Shown here: piece after piece, positions 19,331 to 28,518 of the stretch
Position numbering within the stretch: position 1 is the first letter of the stretch
How the letters are laid out: each line of letters begins with the position of its first letter
Assembly: GCA_030037525.1 (NCBI GenBank)
Contig: JASHRC010000067.1
Coordinates: forward strand, 3,469-67,468
Direction of reading: 5' to 3'
Source of the DNA: Candidatus Acidiferrales bacterium
GTDB taxonomy: Bacteria; Acidobacteriota; Terriglobia; Acidiferrales; UBA7541
Length of the DNA: 64,000 nucleotides
Translations under genes and position numbers: made by a program
Notes under the pieces: generated by a model
Databases searched by the model: none
The model's input: the letters and a program-made list of their open reading frames with translations, nothing else
Told to the model about the DNA's origin: nothing

Positions 19331-20269
19331 ATGAGTCGAGCACTCACGAGGAGAGAGCGTTTCATCCGCCAGGGGGCGGCCGCCACCTGGCAATTCCGCC
19401 CCACCGCTGGCCTGCTGATCTTGGAATCGCCGGGGCTCCGGCAGCTCGAGTGGTTAGTTCATGGCTTCAGCACGCGTGCCGCCGGGGCGAGTAAATGGAA
19501 GGGAGCGCGCGCCCTCCCTCTCGGATTCAGCGGCTGGGATCGGCGGAAACAGGTGAGAGAAAACCGCGCGAAATTCTTCCGGACGATTGGCGGAGCGAGG
19601 ATGCGCGTGGTCAGATTGCGACAAATCCATTCAGGTATTTCCTACCGCGTCGATCGGTTGAATGCGCTCGCACTAGCGAAGGAGCCGCCCCGGGGGGACG
19701 CGCTATTCACCCGGGAGGCCGGGATTCTGCTCGCGGTCGAAACAGCCGATTGCGTTCCGATTCTTCTGGTAGACACCAAGCGGCGAGCCATTGCCGCGAT
19801 TCACTCCGGCTGGCGCGGCACGCTCGAGCGGATTGCCGCAAAAACGCTGGGCCGGATGCAGATGGAATTTGGCACGCGCCCGGAAGATGTTATCGCTGCG
19901 CTCGGCCCCGGGATCGGCCGATGTTGCTATCAGGTTGGCTCAGATGTCGCGCGAGAATTCAACGCGCAGTTCCCCGCCGCGCGGGATTGGTTCGATGGGG
20001 CCTTCGATGCGCTTGCCTCCGGCCGGAGCGATCCCCACTGGCTTCCGTGGCTGACCATGCGTCCGCCGGGGCATCGGCCGCCTTCGCCCACGGTGAATCT
20101 CGATCTCCTTGCCGCAAATCGCGCCGTTCTTGCCGATGCAGGGGTTCCTGCCTGCCAGATTTCCGCCTCCGGTTTCTGCACGGCATGTCGCAGCGATCTT
20201 TTCTTCAGCTATCGTCGCGAGCACACAACCGGGCGTATGCTTGCCGCCATCGGGATCACTGAATCGTGA
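19331..20269 (+). CDS. pgeF: YfiH/PgeF (DUF152, laccase-domain) family protein
   Basis: TADCVPILLVD, AAIHSGWRGT, IGRCCYQVG and CTACRSDLFFSYRRE motifs. Confidence 0.85.
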   Translation: MSRALTRRERFIRQGAAATWQFRPTAGLLILESPGLRQLEWLVHGFSTRAAGASKWKGARALPLGFSGWDRRKQVRENRAKFFRTIGGARMRVVRLRQIHSGISYRVDRLNALALAKEPPRGDALFTREAGILLAVETADCVPILLVDTKRRAIAAIHSGWRGTLERIAAKTLGRMQMEFGTRPEDVIAALGPGIGRCCYQVGSDVAREFNAQFPAARDWFDGAFDALASGRSDPHWLPWLTMRPPGHRPPSPTVNLDLLAANRAVLADAGVPACQISASGFCTACRSDLFFSYRREHTTGRMLAAIGITES

Positions 20270-20324
20270 AGATCGGGGGCACCGGGGGGGCGACACCTGG
20301 TGAACCTCTAGAAATCAGCTGCGC

Positions 20325-21413
20325 TCACGGCGCGGTCGGCACTGGGACTGCCTCCGCCAGCGCCAATTGCCCGCAGGCGGCCATCACGTCCTGGCCGCGC
20401 GAGTCGCGCACGAACACAAGCATGCCCCGGTCGGCCAAGATCTGGCGAAATTCTTCGACGCGAGCGGGATCGGGTCTTTCAAAAGGCAGCTTCCCGGGAT
20501 TCCAGGGGATCAGATTCACTTTTGCCCGCAGATTGGCGAGCAGGCTTACAACTCGGTGCGCATCGGCCGGTGAATCGTTGAACCCCCCGAGCAGGACGTA
20601 CTCGAACAGCAGCCATTCCCGCGAGCGCAGCGGATATTTCCGGCAGGCATCGAGCAGCTTTTCCAGTGGATACTTGCGATTGATGGGCATAATCTTCCCA
20701 CGCTGCTCGTTCGAAGAAGCGTTCAGCGAAATGGCCAGGTTCGGGCGCACCTTTTCCTGTCCCAGTCTTTCGATTCCCGGCACGATCCCGCTCGTTGAAA
20801 GCGCCGCATGTCTGGGAGAAATCGCCACCCCCTTGGGGTCCAGCAGGATCCGCAGCGCCGCCATCACGCAGTCGTAATTGAGCAGTGGCTCGCCCTGGCC
20901 CATCAGAACCAGGTTGGTTTGAGGCTTGAGTGCAAAGCGGTTGTCGTCGAGAGCGACCAGCACCTGCCCCAGAATTTCACCAGCCGTCAGATTGCGCATG
21001 AATCCAAGCGTGGCGGTCAGACAAAATTGGCAATCAACCGCGCAGCCTGCCTGCGTTGAAATGCAGATGGTCTGGCGTTCGTCCTCAGGCATGAAAACGG
21101 TCTCGACACTCGCCGGCTTGCCTTCCTCGATCGCCAGAACGTAGCGCAGGGTGCCGTCTAGAGAACGGTGGCGGCGCACGATCTTCGGCAGCGCGATGGT
21201 TGCTTCGCGCGCAAGACGTTCGCGCAGGGCCGCCGGCAAATTCGTCATCGTGGCGAAGTCGAATCGCCTCTCCGCATAGATGGCGTGATAAATTTGCGCC
21301 CCGCGATAGGCGGGCTCACCGAGCGATTCGAGAATCACACCGAGCTCCGTGGCGGACTTTCCCAGGAGATTTACAGCCGTTTTGGCACCAGTGGACATCT
21401 TGGGTTTCATCAT
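20325..21413 (-). CDS. rlmN: 23S rRNA (adenine2503-C2)-methyltransferase, radical SAM
   Basis: EPAYRGAQIYHAIY..., radical-SAM cluster ISTQAGCAVDCQFCLTATLGFMRNL, MGQGEPLLNY, and C-terminal ...AACGQL. Candidate ATGs at 21413, 21410 and 21398. The N-terminal 199 aa of the 561-aa track ORF are antisense to the M16 peptidase gene. Confidence 0.9.
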   Translation of the reverse strand: MMKPKMSTGAKTAVNLLGKSATELGVILESLGEPAYRGAQIYHAIYAERRFDFATMTNLPAALRERLAREATIALPKIVRRHRSLDGTLRYVLAIEEGKPASVETVFMPEDERQTICISTQAGCAVDCQFCLTATLGFMRNLTAGEILGQVLVALDDNRFALKPQTNLVLMGQGEPLLNYDCVMAALRILLDPKGVAISPRHAALSTSGIVPGIERLGQEKVRPNLAISLNASSNEQRGKIMPINRKYPLEKLLDACRKYPLRSREWLLFEYVLLGGFNDSPADAHRVVSLLANLRAKVNLIPWNPGKLPFERPDPARVEEFRQILADRGMLVFVRDSRGQDVMAACGQLALAEAVPVPTAP

Positions 21414-21486
21414 AGCACGCGGCATCGGCACCCCCTGCGAAGCGCGAATGACAACGCCCGAGCGCCGTGCAAGAATAGATGGAACT

Positions 21487-22770
21487 ATGAGCGTGTCGAA
21501 CGCCAATCCCGCCGTGCAGAAAGAAGTGTTGCCCAATGGGCTGGTGGTCATCACCGAACCGATGGAGCACGTGCATTCCGTTTCCGTGGGCATTTGGCTG
21601 CGCTCCGGATCGCGCTGCGAGCCGGCTGAATTGAACGGCATCTCGCATTTCATCGAGCACATGGTGTTCAAGGGCACGGCGCGCCGCACCGCCCAGGATA
21701 TCGCGCGCGAAATCGATAGCGTCGGCGGCATGCTCGACGCGTTCACCGCCAAAGAAATGGTCTGCTTCAACACGCGCGTACTCGACGAGCATTTGCCGAA
21801 GGCCTTCGACGTGCTCGCGGACATGGTCCTCGAGCCGAGGTTTGCCGAGGAAGACATCGCGCGGGAGCAATCCGTGATCCTCGAAGAAATTCGGATGACA
21901 CAGGACAATCCCGAGGACCTCGTCCACGAGCTTTTCACACAGAATTTCTGGATGCCGCACGCTTTGGGCAAACCGATCCTCGGCACGCCCGGAACGGTTT
22001 CCGCATTCACGCGCCGGTCGCTGACGGATTGGTTTCACCGGTGGTACGCACCCAATCATCTGCTGATCACCGCCGCCGGTCACTTGAGTCACCAGCAGCT
22101 GGTTGACTTGGTTACCGAGCGTTTCGCCAAGCTCGCTCCTTCCGAAGACAGCGCCGCCGATTCCAAGCCGCGGCCCGCGCCGCACATAACGCTGCGCGCC
22201 AAGCGCGAGCTCGAGCAACTACACCTCTGCATTGGCGTTCCGTCGCTGCCGCTTACCGATGATCGCCGCTTTGCGGTCTCGATCCTCAATGATGTTCTCG
22301 GCGGCGGGATGTCTTCGCGGCTGTTCCAAAATATTCGCGAGCGCCAGGGTCTCGCCTACGCCATTTTCAGCGAGATGAATTTGTATCGCGACGCGGGCAT
22401 GCTCTCAGTCTATGCCGGCACATCAATGGACACGGCCGACCAAGTGATCCGGTCGATTCTGGACGAGTTCTGCCGGCTGAAAGAAGAACCGCTCAGCGAG
22501 GACGAACTCCGCCGGGCCAAAGATCACCTCAAGGGCGCGACCCTGCTCGCGCTGGAAGGCTCCTCTTCGCGCATGAACAGCCTGGCGCGCTACTACGTCT
22601 ACTTCAATCGTCACTTCACCCCGCAGGAGCTGATCGCCATGCTCGAGCGCGTCACGGCGGAGGAAGTGCAGCAACTGGCGCGCCAGTTTTTTGCGCCCGA
22701 GCACATCGCCGCCTCGGTGGTAGGGAACCTCAACGGTTTCACACTTACGCGGCAGCATCTCACCTTCTAG
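21487..22770 (+). CDS. M16-family (pitrilysin/insulinase) zinc peptidase
   Basis: Inverted zinc motif HxxEH in GISHFIEHMVFKGT. N-terminus ...LPNGLVVITEPM. About 427 aa. Divergent from rlmN with a roughly 73-bp spacer. Confidence 0.85.
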   Translation: MSVSNANPAVQKEVLPNGLVVITEPMEHVHSVSVGIWLRSGSRCEPAELNGISHFIEHMVFKGTARRTAQDIAREIDSVGGMLDAFTAKEMVCFNTRVLDEHLPKAFDVLADMVLEPRFAEEDIAREQSVILEEIRMTQDNPEDLVHELFTQNFWMPHALGKPILGTPGTVSAFTRRSLTDWFHRWYAPNHLLITAAGHLSHQQLVDLVTERFAKLAPSEDSAADSKPRPAPHITLRAKRELEQLHLCIGVPSLPLTDDRRFAVSILNDVLGGGMSSRLFQNIRERQGLAYAIFSEMNLYRDAGMLSVYAGTSMDTADQVIRSILDEFCRLKEEPLSEDELRRAKDHLKGATLLALEGSSSRMNSLARYYVYFNRHFTPQELIAMLERVTAEEVQQLARQFFAPEHIAASVVGNLNGFTLTRQHLTF

Positions 22771-23755
22771 TCGGGAAGACGGATCAACAAGGAGTTGGGC
22801 TCTAGAAGGGGGGCTCGGGGACATCCGAAACGCCAGTCGTCCCGCTTCATCGGCAGGTCTTTGCCGTCGGTGTGCAGGACCATGGTGGTCACCCGGCCGG
22901 TACTCTCGAGCTCGAAGCTGTATTCGTCATCGGCGGTCTTGGAGAAAAATTGCCTCTCGCCGTTGGCGTCCAGCTCCTGCTTAGGCTCATCGTTCTCCTG
23001 TACGAACAGCCTGTTGCCCTCGCGGGTGATGGTAAGCACGATCGCCGGCGAGAAGCGATAACGTCCGACGTACTTGTCCAGCAATTGGGGTCAAGCGTGA
23101 TTTCCTTGTGCTGTTTGAGCGGCGGACGCGGCGCCAGCTGATTGTAGGGCGTGAAGCCTTCCCACTCGATCGGCGTGTACGTGTTGCGGAGCAGCGTCTC
23201 CGGCAGCGGCCTGTAAATGCCCTCGCCATTGGAGCTGTTGGTCATGATCAGGATTCCGGTGCCCGACTTATCAAAATCGACGGTGTAGTGACGCCAGCCT
23301 TCGTCGTGGCCTTCCCTGAAGAACGCGCGACCGTAGGGCGTGAAGTACAGTCCCCAGCCCAGGCCGTAGCTGAGCTCGATGCCGCGGTTGGCATCGGTGG
23401 TTTCGGTGTTGAGCGAGGGGAATTCGTGCTTCTCGAAGATCTGGATCTGCGGCGTGAGCATCTGCTCACGCGTCTTCGTGTCGGGATTGCGGCCTTCGAG
23501 GATCGACTGCAGAAATTCGCGTAGTCGCGCAGCGTGGTTTGCATGGAGCCGGCGGCGTCGGCGGTCTTGCGGCGCTCGGGGCCGAGCGACCTGCATCAAG
23601 CGAGTGACGGTGGCGTCGATCTCGCCGGCCGAGATGGTGCTGCCATCGAGACGACGGACGGAGGGTTGGTGGGCGGCAGCGAAAGCTGTGAACGCCGTGA
23701 GCAAGACGATAATAGGGATTTCCAATAAACGGGCGACCAACGCTTGTCGATTCAA
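22767..23755 (-). pseudogene. decayed beta-lactamase-family serine hydrolase with C-terminal DUF3471-like domain
   Basis: Three reading frames are needed to read it. Signal peptide plus GEIDATVTRLMQ is in frame A. AAGSMQTTLRDYA is in frame B. EFLQSILEGRNP...GLGWGLYF...ILIMTNSSNG...EITLDP is back in frame A. LLDKYVGRYRFSPAIVLTITREGNRLFVQEND... is in a third frame. Frameshifts lie near 23511-23523 and 23083-23087. The roughly 200-aa region that should carry SxxK/YxN is absent. Confidence 0.6.
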
Positions 23756-24063
23756 TCTGCAGCGCGGGGGGGATGATTGCGTCGAATGATGGCCTCCCTA
23801 ATTTCCTTGGCGATCCAAACCGGCCCGACCAGGAAATAGATCACACCCTGAAAGAATGCGGGCTTGTTGCCTTCCACGCGATGGCCGACGAACAGCAAGA
23901 TCCACCCACCGACAAATAGCGCGGCTCCAACGCGCCAGAACGCGAGACAAGCCAGCACAATCCCGGCCAGGATGATCGGAATTCCGATGCCGTGGAGGAG
24001 CTTGTTCCAGCGATGGGTGTGTTCGTGGTCGTACTGCGCCATGTACTGCGCGAACGAAGGCAT
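23752..24063 (-). CDS. DUF962 (Mpo1-like) small membrane protein
   Basis: YDHEHTHRWNKLLHGIGIPIILAGIVL...GHRVEGNKPAFFQG... matches the DUF962 pattern. Two or three TM helices. Confidence 0.7.
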   Translation of the reverse strand: MPSFAQYMAQYDHEHTHRWNKLLHGIGIPIILAGIVLACLAFWRVGAALFVGGWILLFVGHRVEGNKPAFFQGVIYFLVGPVWIAKEIREAIIRRNHPPRAAD

Positions 24064-24122
24064 GAGGATAGCTCGGCCCGGCTGATTTTACTCCTTCGGC
24101 GGCCCCTGGCCTCGTTTTTCCT

Positions 24123-25019
24123 TTGACGCCGCCGCGCAGCTTTGCCATCATTCCGCTTGTCCTGACGAAGGAAGGTCCGGAGAGACGTAGCATCTCGTTC
24201 CGCATATCGATTCTCGCCTCAGGAAGTTCGGGCAACGCGACTTTGCTCGAAACCGAGCACGTTACCCTTCTCATCGACGCCGGCCTTGGCCGCAGGGAAA
24301 TCGAACGCCGCTTCGAAGCGCTTGGCCGACGGCTGCCCGAGCGCGTCGATGCGATCCTAGTCACCCACGAGCACATCGATCATTCCGCTGCGGTCGCGCA
24401 GCTCGCGCGGCTCTGGCACTGCCCCACCTATCTCACCGAGCCCACCCATCGCGAAATCATCAAAATGTTTACCGAACAAAGCGACAGGCCCGCCAGGAAA
24501 GCTACTATCGAGCACGTCGAATACATTCGTGCCGGCGAGCGCTTTCAAATCGGTGATATCGAGGTGAGTCCTTTTCGTATTCCGCATGACGCCGCCGATC
24601 CTGTCGCTTTCTCTTTCCGCGCCAATGGCACCAAAGTCGCAATCGCCACCGATCTCGGCTACCTCCCCGAACTTGTCAAACAGCACGTGCGCGAATCCGA
24701 TTTTCTGCTGCTGGAATCGAACCATGATCTTGAAATGCTCAAGGTCGGCCCGTATCCCTGGCATGTCAAGCAGCGCGTGATGAGTCGCACGGGACATCTT
24801 TCAAATAAAGTCGTCAGCGAGTTTCTTGCCGATGCGGAAATTTTCGACGGCCGCGCGCGGTATCTCGTTCTCGCGCATCTCTCCGAGCAAAACAACACGC
24901 CTGACGTGGCCCAGATCAGTGCCGAACAAGCTCTGGCTGCGCGTCCCGAGCTGTTCTCCTTCCGCGGCTCGCTGCACATCGCCTCGCAGCGCGTCCCCCT
25001 TGGCCCCTTCGAAGTGTAG
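24123..25019 (+). CDS. MBL-fold metallo-hydrolase
   Basis: ILASGSSGNATLL, HxHxDH motif (ILVTHEHIDH), IPHDAADP and later GHLSN. The start is uncertain: TTG 24123 is the outermost, and the true start may be about 20 codons downstream. Confidence 0.8.
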   Translation: MTPPRSFAIIPLVLTKEGPERRSISFRISILASGSSGNATLLETEHVTLLIDAGLGRREIERRFEALGRRLPERVDAILVTHEHIDHSAAVAQLARLWHCPTYLTEPTHREIIKMFTEQSDRPARKATIEHVEYIRAGERFQIGDIEVSPFRIPHDAADPVAFSFRANGTKVAIATDLGYLPELVKQHVRESDFLLLESNHDLEMLKVGPYPWHVKQRVMSRTGHLSNKVVSEFLADAEIFDGRARYLVLAHLSEQNNTPDVAQISAEQALAARPELFSFRGSLHIASQRVPLGPFEV

Positions 25020-25295
25020 CTGCGCCCCGGCTGGCTCCGGCGGGAGGTGCGAGCCCGGCTGCCGAGGAGTAAGGCGCTCGTCCGCCGAGGCGAAGATACG
25101 AACCGGTGCCACGGCTTAGGCGAGCTGCTCTGTGAGGCCTCTCCTTGTCGCGCTCGAACGCGCTCTCGGCACCAGGTCCGGCGAGAAGACAGGAAGACCG
25201 CTCATTTTGCCGGTGTTTTCCAAGGTTCCAGAGTCGGAAGCAAAATCGGGTATGATAGCTTACGTTGCGCTCTCAGCAGGCTGCGAGGAGTTCGA

Positions 25296-26654
25296 TTGAT
25301 CGCGCGATACATGCGTCCGGAGATGGGCCGTATTTGGAGCGAGGAAAACAAATTCCGGAAGTGGCTCGAAGTGGAGCTGGCCGCCACCGAGACGCTCGCC
25401 GATTCGGGCGTGGTACCGTGCGAGGTCGCCGAAAAGTTGCGTGAGCGTGCACGCGTCGACGTCGAGCGCATCAACGAAATAGAGGCCAAAGTCCGCCATG
25501 ACGTGATCGCCTTCACCATCGCCGTGCAGGAAACGATCGGAGATCCTGAGGCGGCGCGCTGGTTGCATTACGGGCTCACCTCCAACGACGTAGTCGATAC
25601 GGCGCAAGCGCTCGTAGTTCGCGATGCGTCGAGGCTGATTGAAAAGGGCGTGGCGCAGTTTGGCGAAATTCTCGAAAAGCGCGCCTGGGAATTCAAGGAC
25701 ACTCCCGAAATCGGCCGCACCCACGGCATTCATGCCGAGCCGATCACCTTCGGCCTGAAAATCGCCAACTGGTATGCCGAAAATCGGCGCGATGCCGCTC
25801 GTTTTAAGATCGCCTCGCAGGAAATGGCGGTGGGCAAAATTTCCGGCGCCGTGGGCACCTGCGCGCACCTCGGTCCGGAAATCGAACACAGAATTTGCGA
25901 GCGCCTAGGACTGGCGGCAGCGCCGATCACCTCACAGGTGCTCGAACGCGACCGCCACGCCCAATATGTTGCTGCGCTGGCCATCCTGGCCGCGTCGCTA
26001 GAACGCGTGGCGCTCGAAATTCGCCACCTGCAGCGCACCGAGGTGCGCGAGGTGGAGGAACCCTTCGGTGGCGAGCAGCGCGGCAGCTCGGCCATGCCGC
26101 ACAAGCGCAATCCCGTCTCCAGCGAGCAAATCTGCGGACTGGCCCGCGTGGTACGTGCAAATTCCCAAGCTGCCATGGAAAATATCGCGCTCTGGCACGA
26201 GCGCGACATTTCGCACAGCTCGGTCGAGCGGGTGGTTCTGCCCGATTCGGCGATCCTGGTTGACTACATGCTCGATCGCATGGCGCAAATTGTCGCCCAC
26301 ATGAAGGTCTTTCCGGCGCGCATGATGCGGAATCTGGAGGCGACCCAGGGGCTCATCTTCTCCGGCCAGCTCTTGCAGGATCTGATCGAACGCGGCGCGC
26401 CGCGCGAAGATTCCTATAAATGGGTGCAGGCTCACGCCATGGCGGCATGGGAATCGGAATCGAACTTCCAAGATCGGGTCAGGGGCGACCCGAACATCCG
26501 CAAATTCCTCGACGAGAAAGCCCTCGCCTACGCCTTCGACTTGAAGCGCCAGCTTCGTGCCGTGGACGAAATTTTTCGCCGCGTCTTCCACACAACCATT
26601 CCTGGGTTCCGGCCAGAGAGCCGGCCCGGAATCGCCGTGCTGGAGGAAAACTGA
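25296..26654 (+). CDS. purB: adenylosuccinate lyase
   Basis: (L/M)IARYMRPEMGRIWSEENKFRKWLEVELA N-terminus. Fumarate-lyase signature GSSAMPHKRNP. In-frame TTG 25296 gives the canonical N-terminus. The track ORF opens at 25047. Confidence 0.9.
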   Translation: MIARYMRPEMGRIWSEENKFRKWLEVELAATETLADSGVVPCEVAEKLRERARVDVERINEIEAKVRHDVIAFTIAVQETIGDPEAARWLHYGLTSNDVVDTAQALVVRDASRLIEKGVAQFGEILEKRAWEFKDTPEIGRTHGIHAEPITFGLKIANWYAENRRDAARFKIASQEMAVGKISGAVGTCAHLGPEIEHRICERLGLAAAPITSQVLERDRHAQYVAALAILAASLERVALEIRHLQRTEVREVEEPFGGEQRGSSAMPHKRNPVSSEQICGLARVVRANSQAAMENIALWHERDISHSSVERVVLPDSAILVDYMLDRMAQIVAHMKVFPARMMRNLEATQGLIFSGQLLQDLIERGAPREDSYKWVQAHAMAAWESESNFQDRVRGDPNIRKFLDEKALAYAFDLKRQLRAVDEIFRRVFHTTIPGFRPESRPGIAVLEEN

Positions 26655-26672
26655 TTGCTTGGCTCCGGAATC

Positions 26673-27233
26673 TTACTGCACACGCTGGATGTAGCGGCCT
26701 TCCGAGGTATCCACTTTGACTTTGTCGCCTTCTCCTACGAACGGCGGCACGTTGATGACCAGCCCAGTCTCTAGCTTTGCCGGTTTCATCACCGCGCTGG
26801 CTGTCGCCTTCTGAATGCTCGGCTCGGTTTCAACAACGGTGAGATCAACGGTATCGGGTAGAAGCACGCCAATCGCTTTGGAATCGTGATATTCGATCTT
26901 CACCGGCATGTTGGGGATCAGATAGTCTCTGGCATCGCCGACGATGTCGTTCCCGAGGGCGATCTGCTCGTAATTCTCGTTGTTCATGAAGTGGTGGCCG
27001 TCGCCGTCGCTGTAAAGGTATTCGAACTCGATCTCGTCGACCGTCACCTTATCGATGAAATCCTCGGCGCGGAACCGGTAATCGATCATCGCTCCCGTGC
27101 GCAGATTGCGCATCTTGGTCTGCATGGCCGCACGCTTGTTACCCGGGGTGCGATGATCAACGTTGTAGACGGCGTAGAGATCGCCCTCGTGTTTGATGAT
27201 CATCCCCGAACGCAGAAGTGTTGCCTTAATCAT
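26673..27233 (-). CDS. efp: elongation factor P family protein (tip loop atypical, EfpL/YeiP-like)
   Basis: MIKATLLRSGMIIKHEGDLYAVYNVDHRTPGNKRAAMQTKMRNLRTG...HFMNNENYEQ...KPAKLETGLVINVPPFV. Length 186 aa. ATG 27233 verified. Confidence 0.9.
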   Translation of the reverse strand: MIKATLLRSGMIIKHEGDLYAVYNVDHRTPGNKRAAMQTKMRNLRTGAMIDYRFRAEDFIDKVTVDEIEFEYLYSDGDGHHFMNNENYEQIALGNDIVGDARDYLIPNMPVKIEYHDSKAIGVLLPDTVDLTVVETEPSIQKATASAVMKPAKLETGLVINVPPFVGEGDKVKVDTSEGRYIQRVQ

Positions 27234-27820
27234 GACAGCTCCCGGAGTATTCTGTGGTTTCCCTGCAGAAAGCTCGCTGAGCGACTCATTATAGCGGCCG
27301 GGATTGCGCCCGGTCAAACCACCGGAAAGGGGGATGGTGGATCAGATTCCGGTTTGGCGCACCACGGATGAACATCCAGACCGCCGATGTATTGAGCGAT
27401 CTGAGCGGGTGACTGGACGAGCGATCATGCAGAAATTGGCCGAACTTCGAGATCCTCGAATAAAGGCGACCGAGGCGAAGATCGCTCGGCGCGTGGAGCG
27501 GAACTGACAAGAGGATCGGGATCGAGCTCTATTTTGAACGTATCAGCAATCCAGAAATCAGGCTTCTGAAGTATTTCTCTCACTCTTTTTCCTCGGCGAT
27601 GATCCTAACCCACTACGGCGATTTGGCAAGCACCGCGGACGGCAGACCTTCCTGGACCAAAATCAAAACACCCTTGACACGGCCGGCGTCGTTAGAGATG
27701 ACCCAGTACCGTTGCTTACGCGCGCTTGTGTGCCCCCTCGTTTGATGATATAAAAATTTTCTGCGGTTCTTGTGCACGGCCGAGGACCACTACCGGCACT
27801 GATTTAGGAGAAAATTTCGA

Positions 27821-28084
27821 ATGGCTTACGTAATTGCCGAGCCTTGCATCGGAACTAAGGACACCGCCTGCGTGGATGTGTGCCCGGTCGATTGCATTCA
27901 TCCGCGCAAGGATGAGGCCGAATTTGAAGGCGCAAAGCAGCTCTTCATCAACCCCGATGAGTGCATCGACTGCGGCGCCTGTGTGCCCGTCTGCCCCGTA
28001 ACAGCTATCTTTGCCCTGGAAGACCTCCCGGAAAAGTGGGCAGAATACACCAAGATCAACGCCGACTATTTCAAGAAGGTCTAG
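27821..28084 (+). CDS. ferredoxin (7Fe/2x[4Fe-4S]-type, FdxA-like)
   Basis: [28 protein letters not shown] and [16 protein letters not shown] cluster motifs. AGGAG lies about 10 nt upstream. Confidence 0.9.
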   Translation: MAYVIAEPCIGTKDTACVDVCPVDCIHPRKDEAEFEGAKQLFINPDECIDCGACVPVCPVTAIFALEDLPEKWAEYTKINADYFKKV

Positions 28085-28461
28085 TCACAAACCGACTGCA
28101 CGCCGGGCCGGCGAATCGCGGGTGTCTTCCGATTCCGCGGCCGTTTTCCCGCAGCCAGGGCGTCCAGCCAGGCCCGGCCTTGCTCGGCAAGCCCGGCGAC
28201 ATCGATGCCGCGATAGGTATCGCCGTACTTGCTTATTTTTGCGAGACCCGCCCCCAGGAGCGACCGCGCCCCAGGAAGATTTCCTCGCTTGAGATGATGA
28301 AAGGCAGCCGCAATTTGGATGATGCCTTGCAGAAACGGCTTCCGCTCGACCGTGGCGCGCAGCCAAAGGGCCTCCCACACCTCATGCGCTTCGAAAAACT
28401 CGCCCGCATTGAAATGTGCAATTCCCCGATCGAGTTGCTCGCTTTCGTTCGGCTGGTTCAT
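28081..28461 (-). CDS. DUF309 domain-containing protein
   Basis: [22 protein letters not shown]...[27 protein letters not shown] matches the DUF309 pattern. Its end overlaps the ferredoxin stop by 4 nt (convergent). Confidence 0.75.
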   Translation of the reverse strand: MNQPNESEQLDRGIAHFNAGEFFEAHEVWEALWLRATVERKPFLQGIIQIAAAFHHLKRGNLPGARSLLGAGLAKISKYGDTYRGIDVAGLAEQGRAWLDALAAGKRPRNRKTPAIRRPGVQSVCD

Positions 28462-28518
28462 GTCGTCGCCAAGGCCCTTGCCCCGCGCGCGCAGAGGGTC
28501 CGATCATAACAGCGCTCG

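Noticed and set aside
20325-22010. 561-aa track ORF suggesting an RlmN with a ~200-aa N-terminal domain
   Set aside because: The N-terminal portion (21414..22010) is antisense to the M16 peptidase gene, which has an HxxEH motif, and has no motif of its own. The RlmN homology starts right after the ATG cluster at 21398-21413.
27304-27507. 67-codon ORF in the efp-fdx spacer
   Set aside because: No SD, no motif and mixed codon composition. It overlaps the likely efp promoter region. The region is kept only as part of the intergenic-gap finding.
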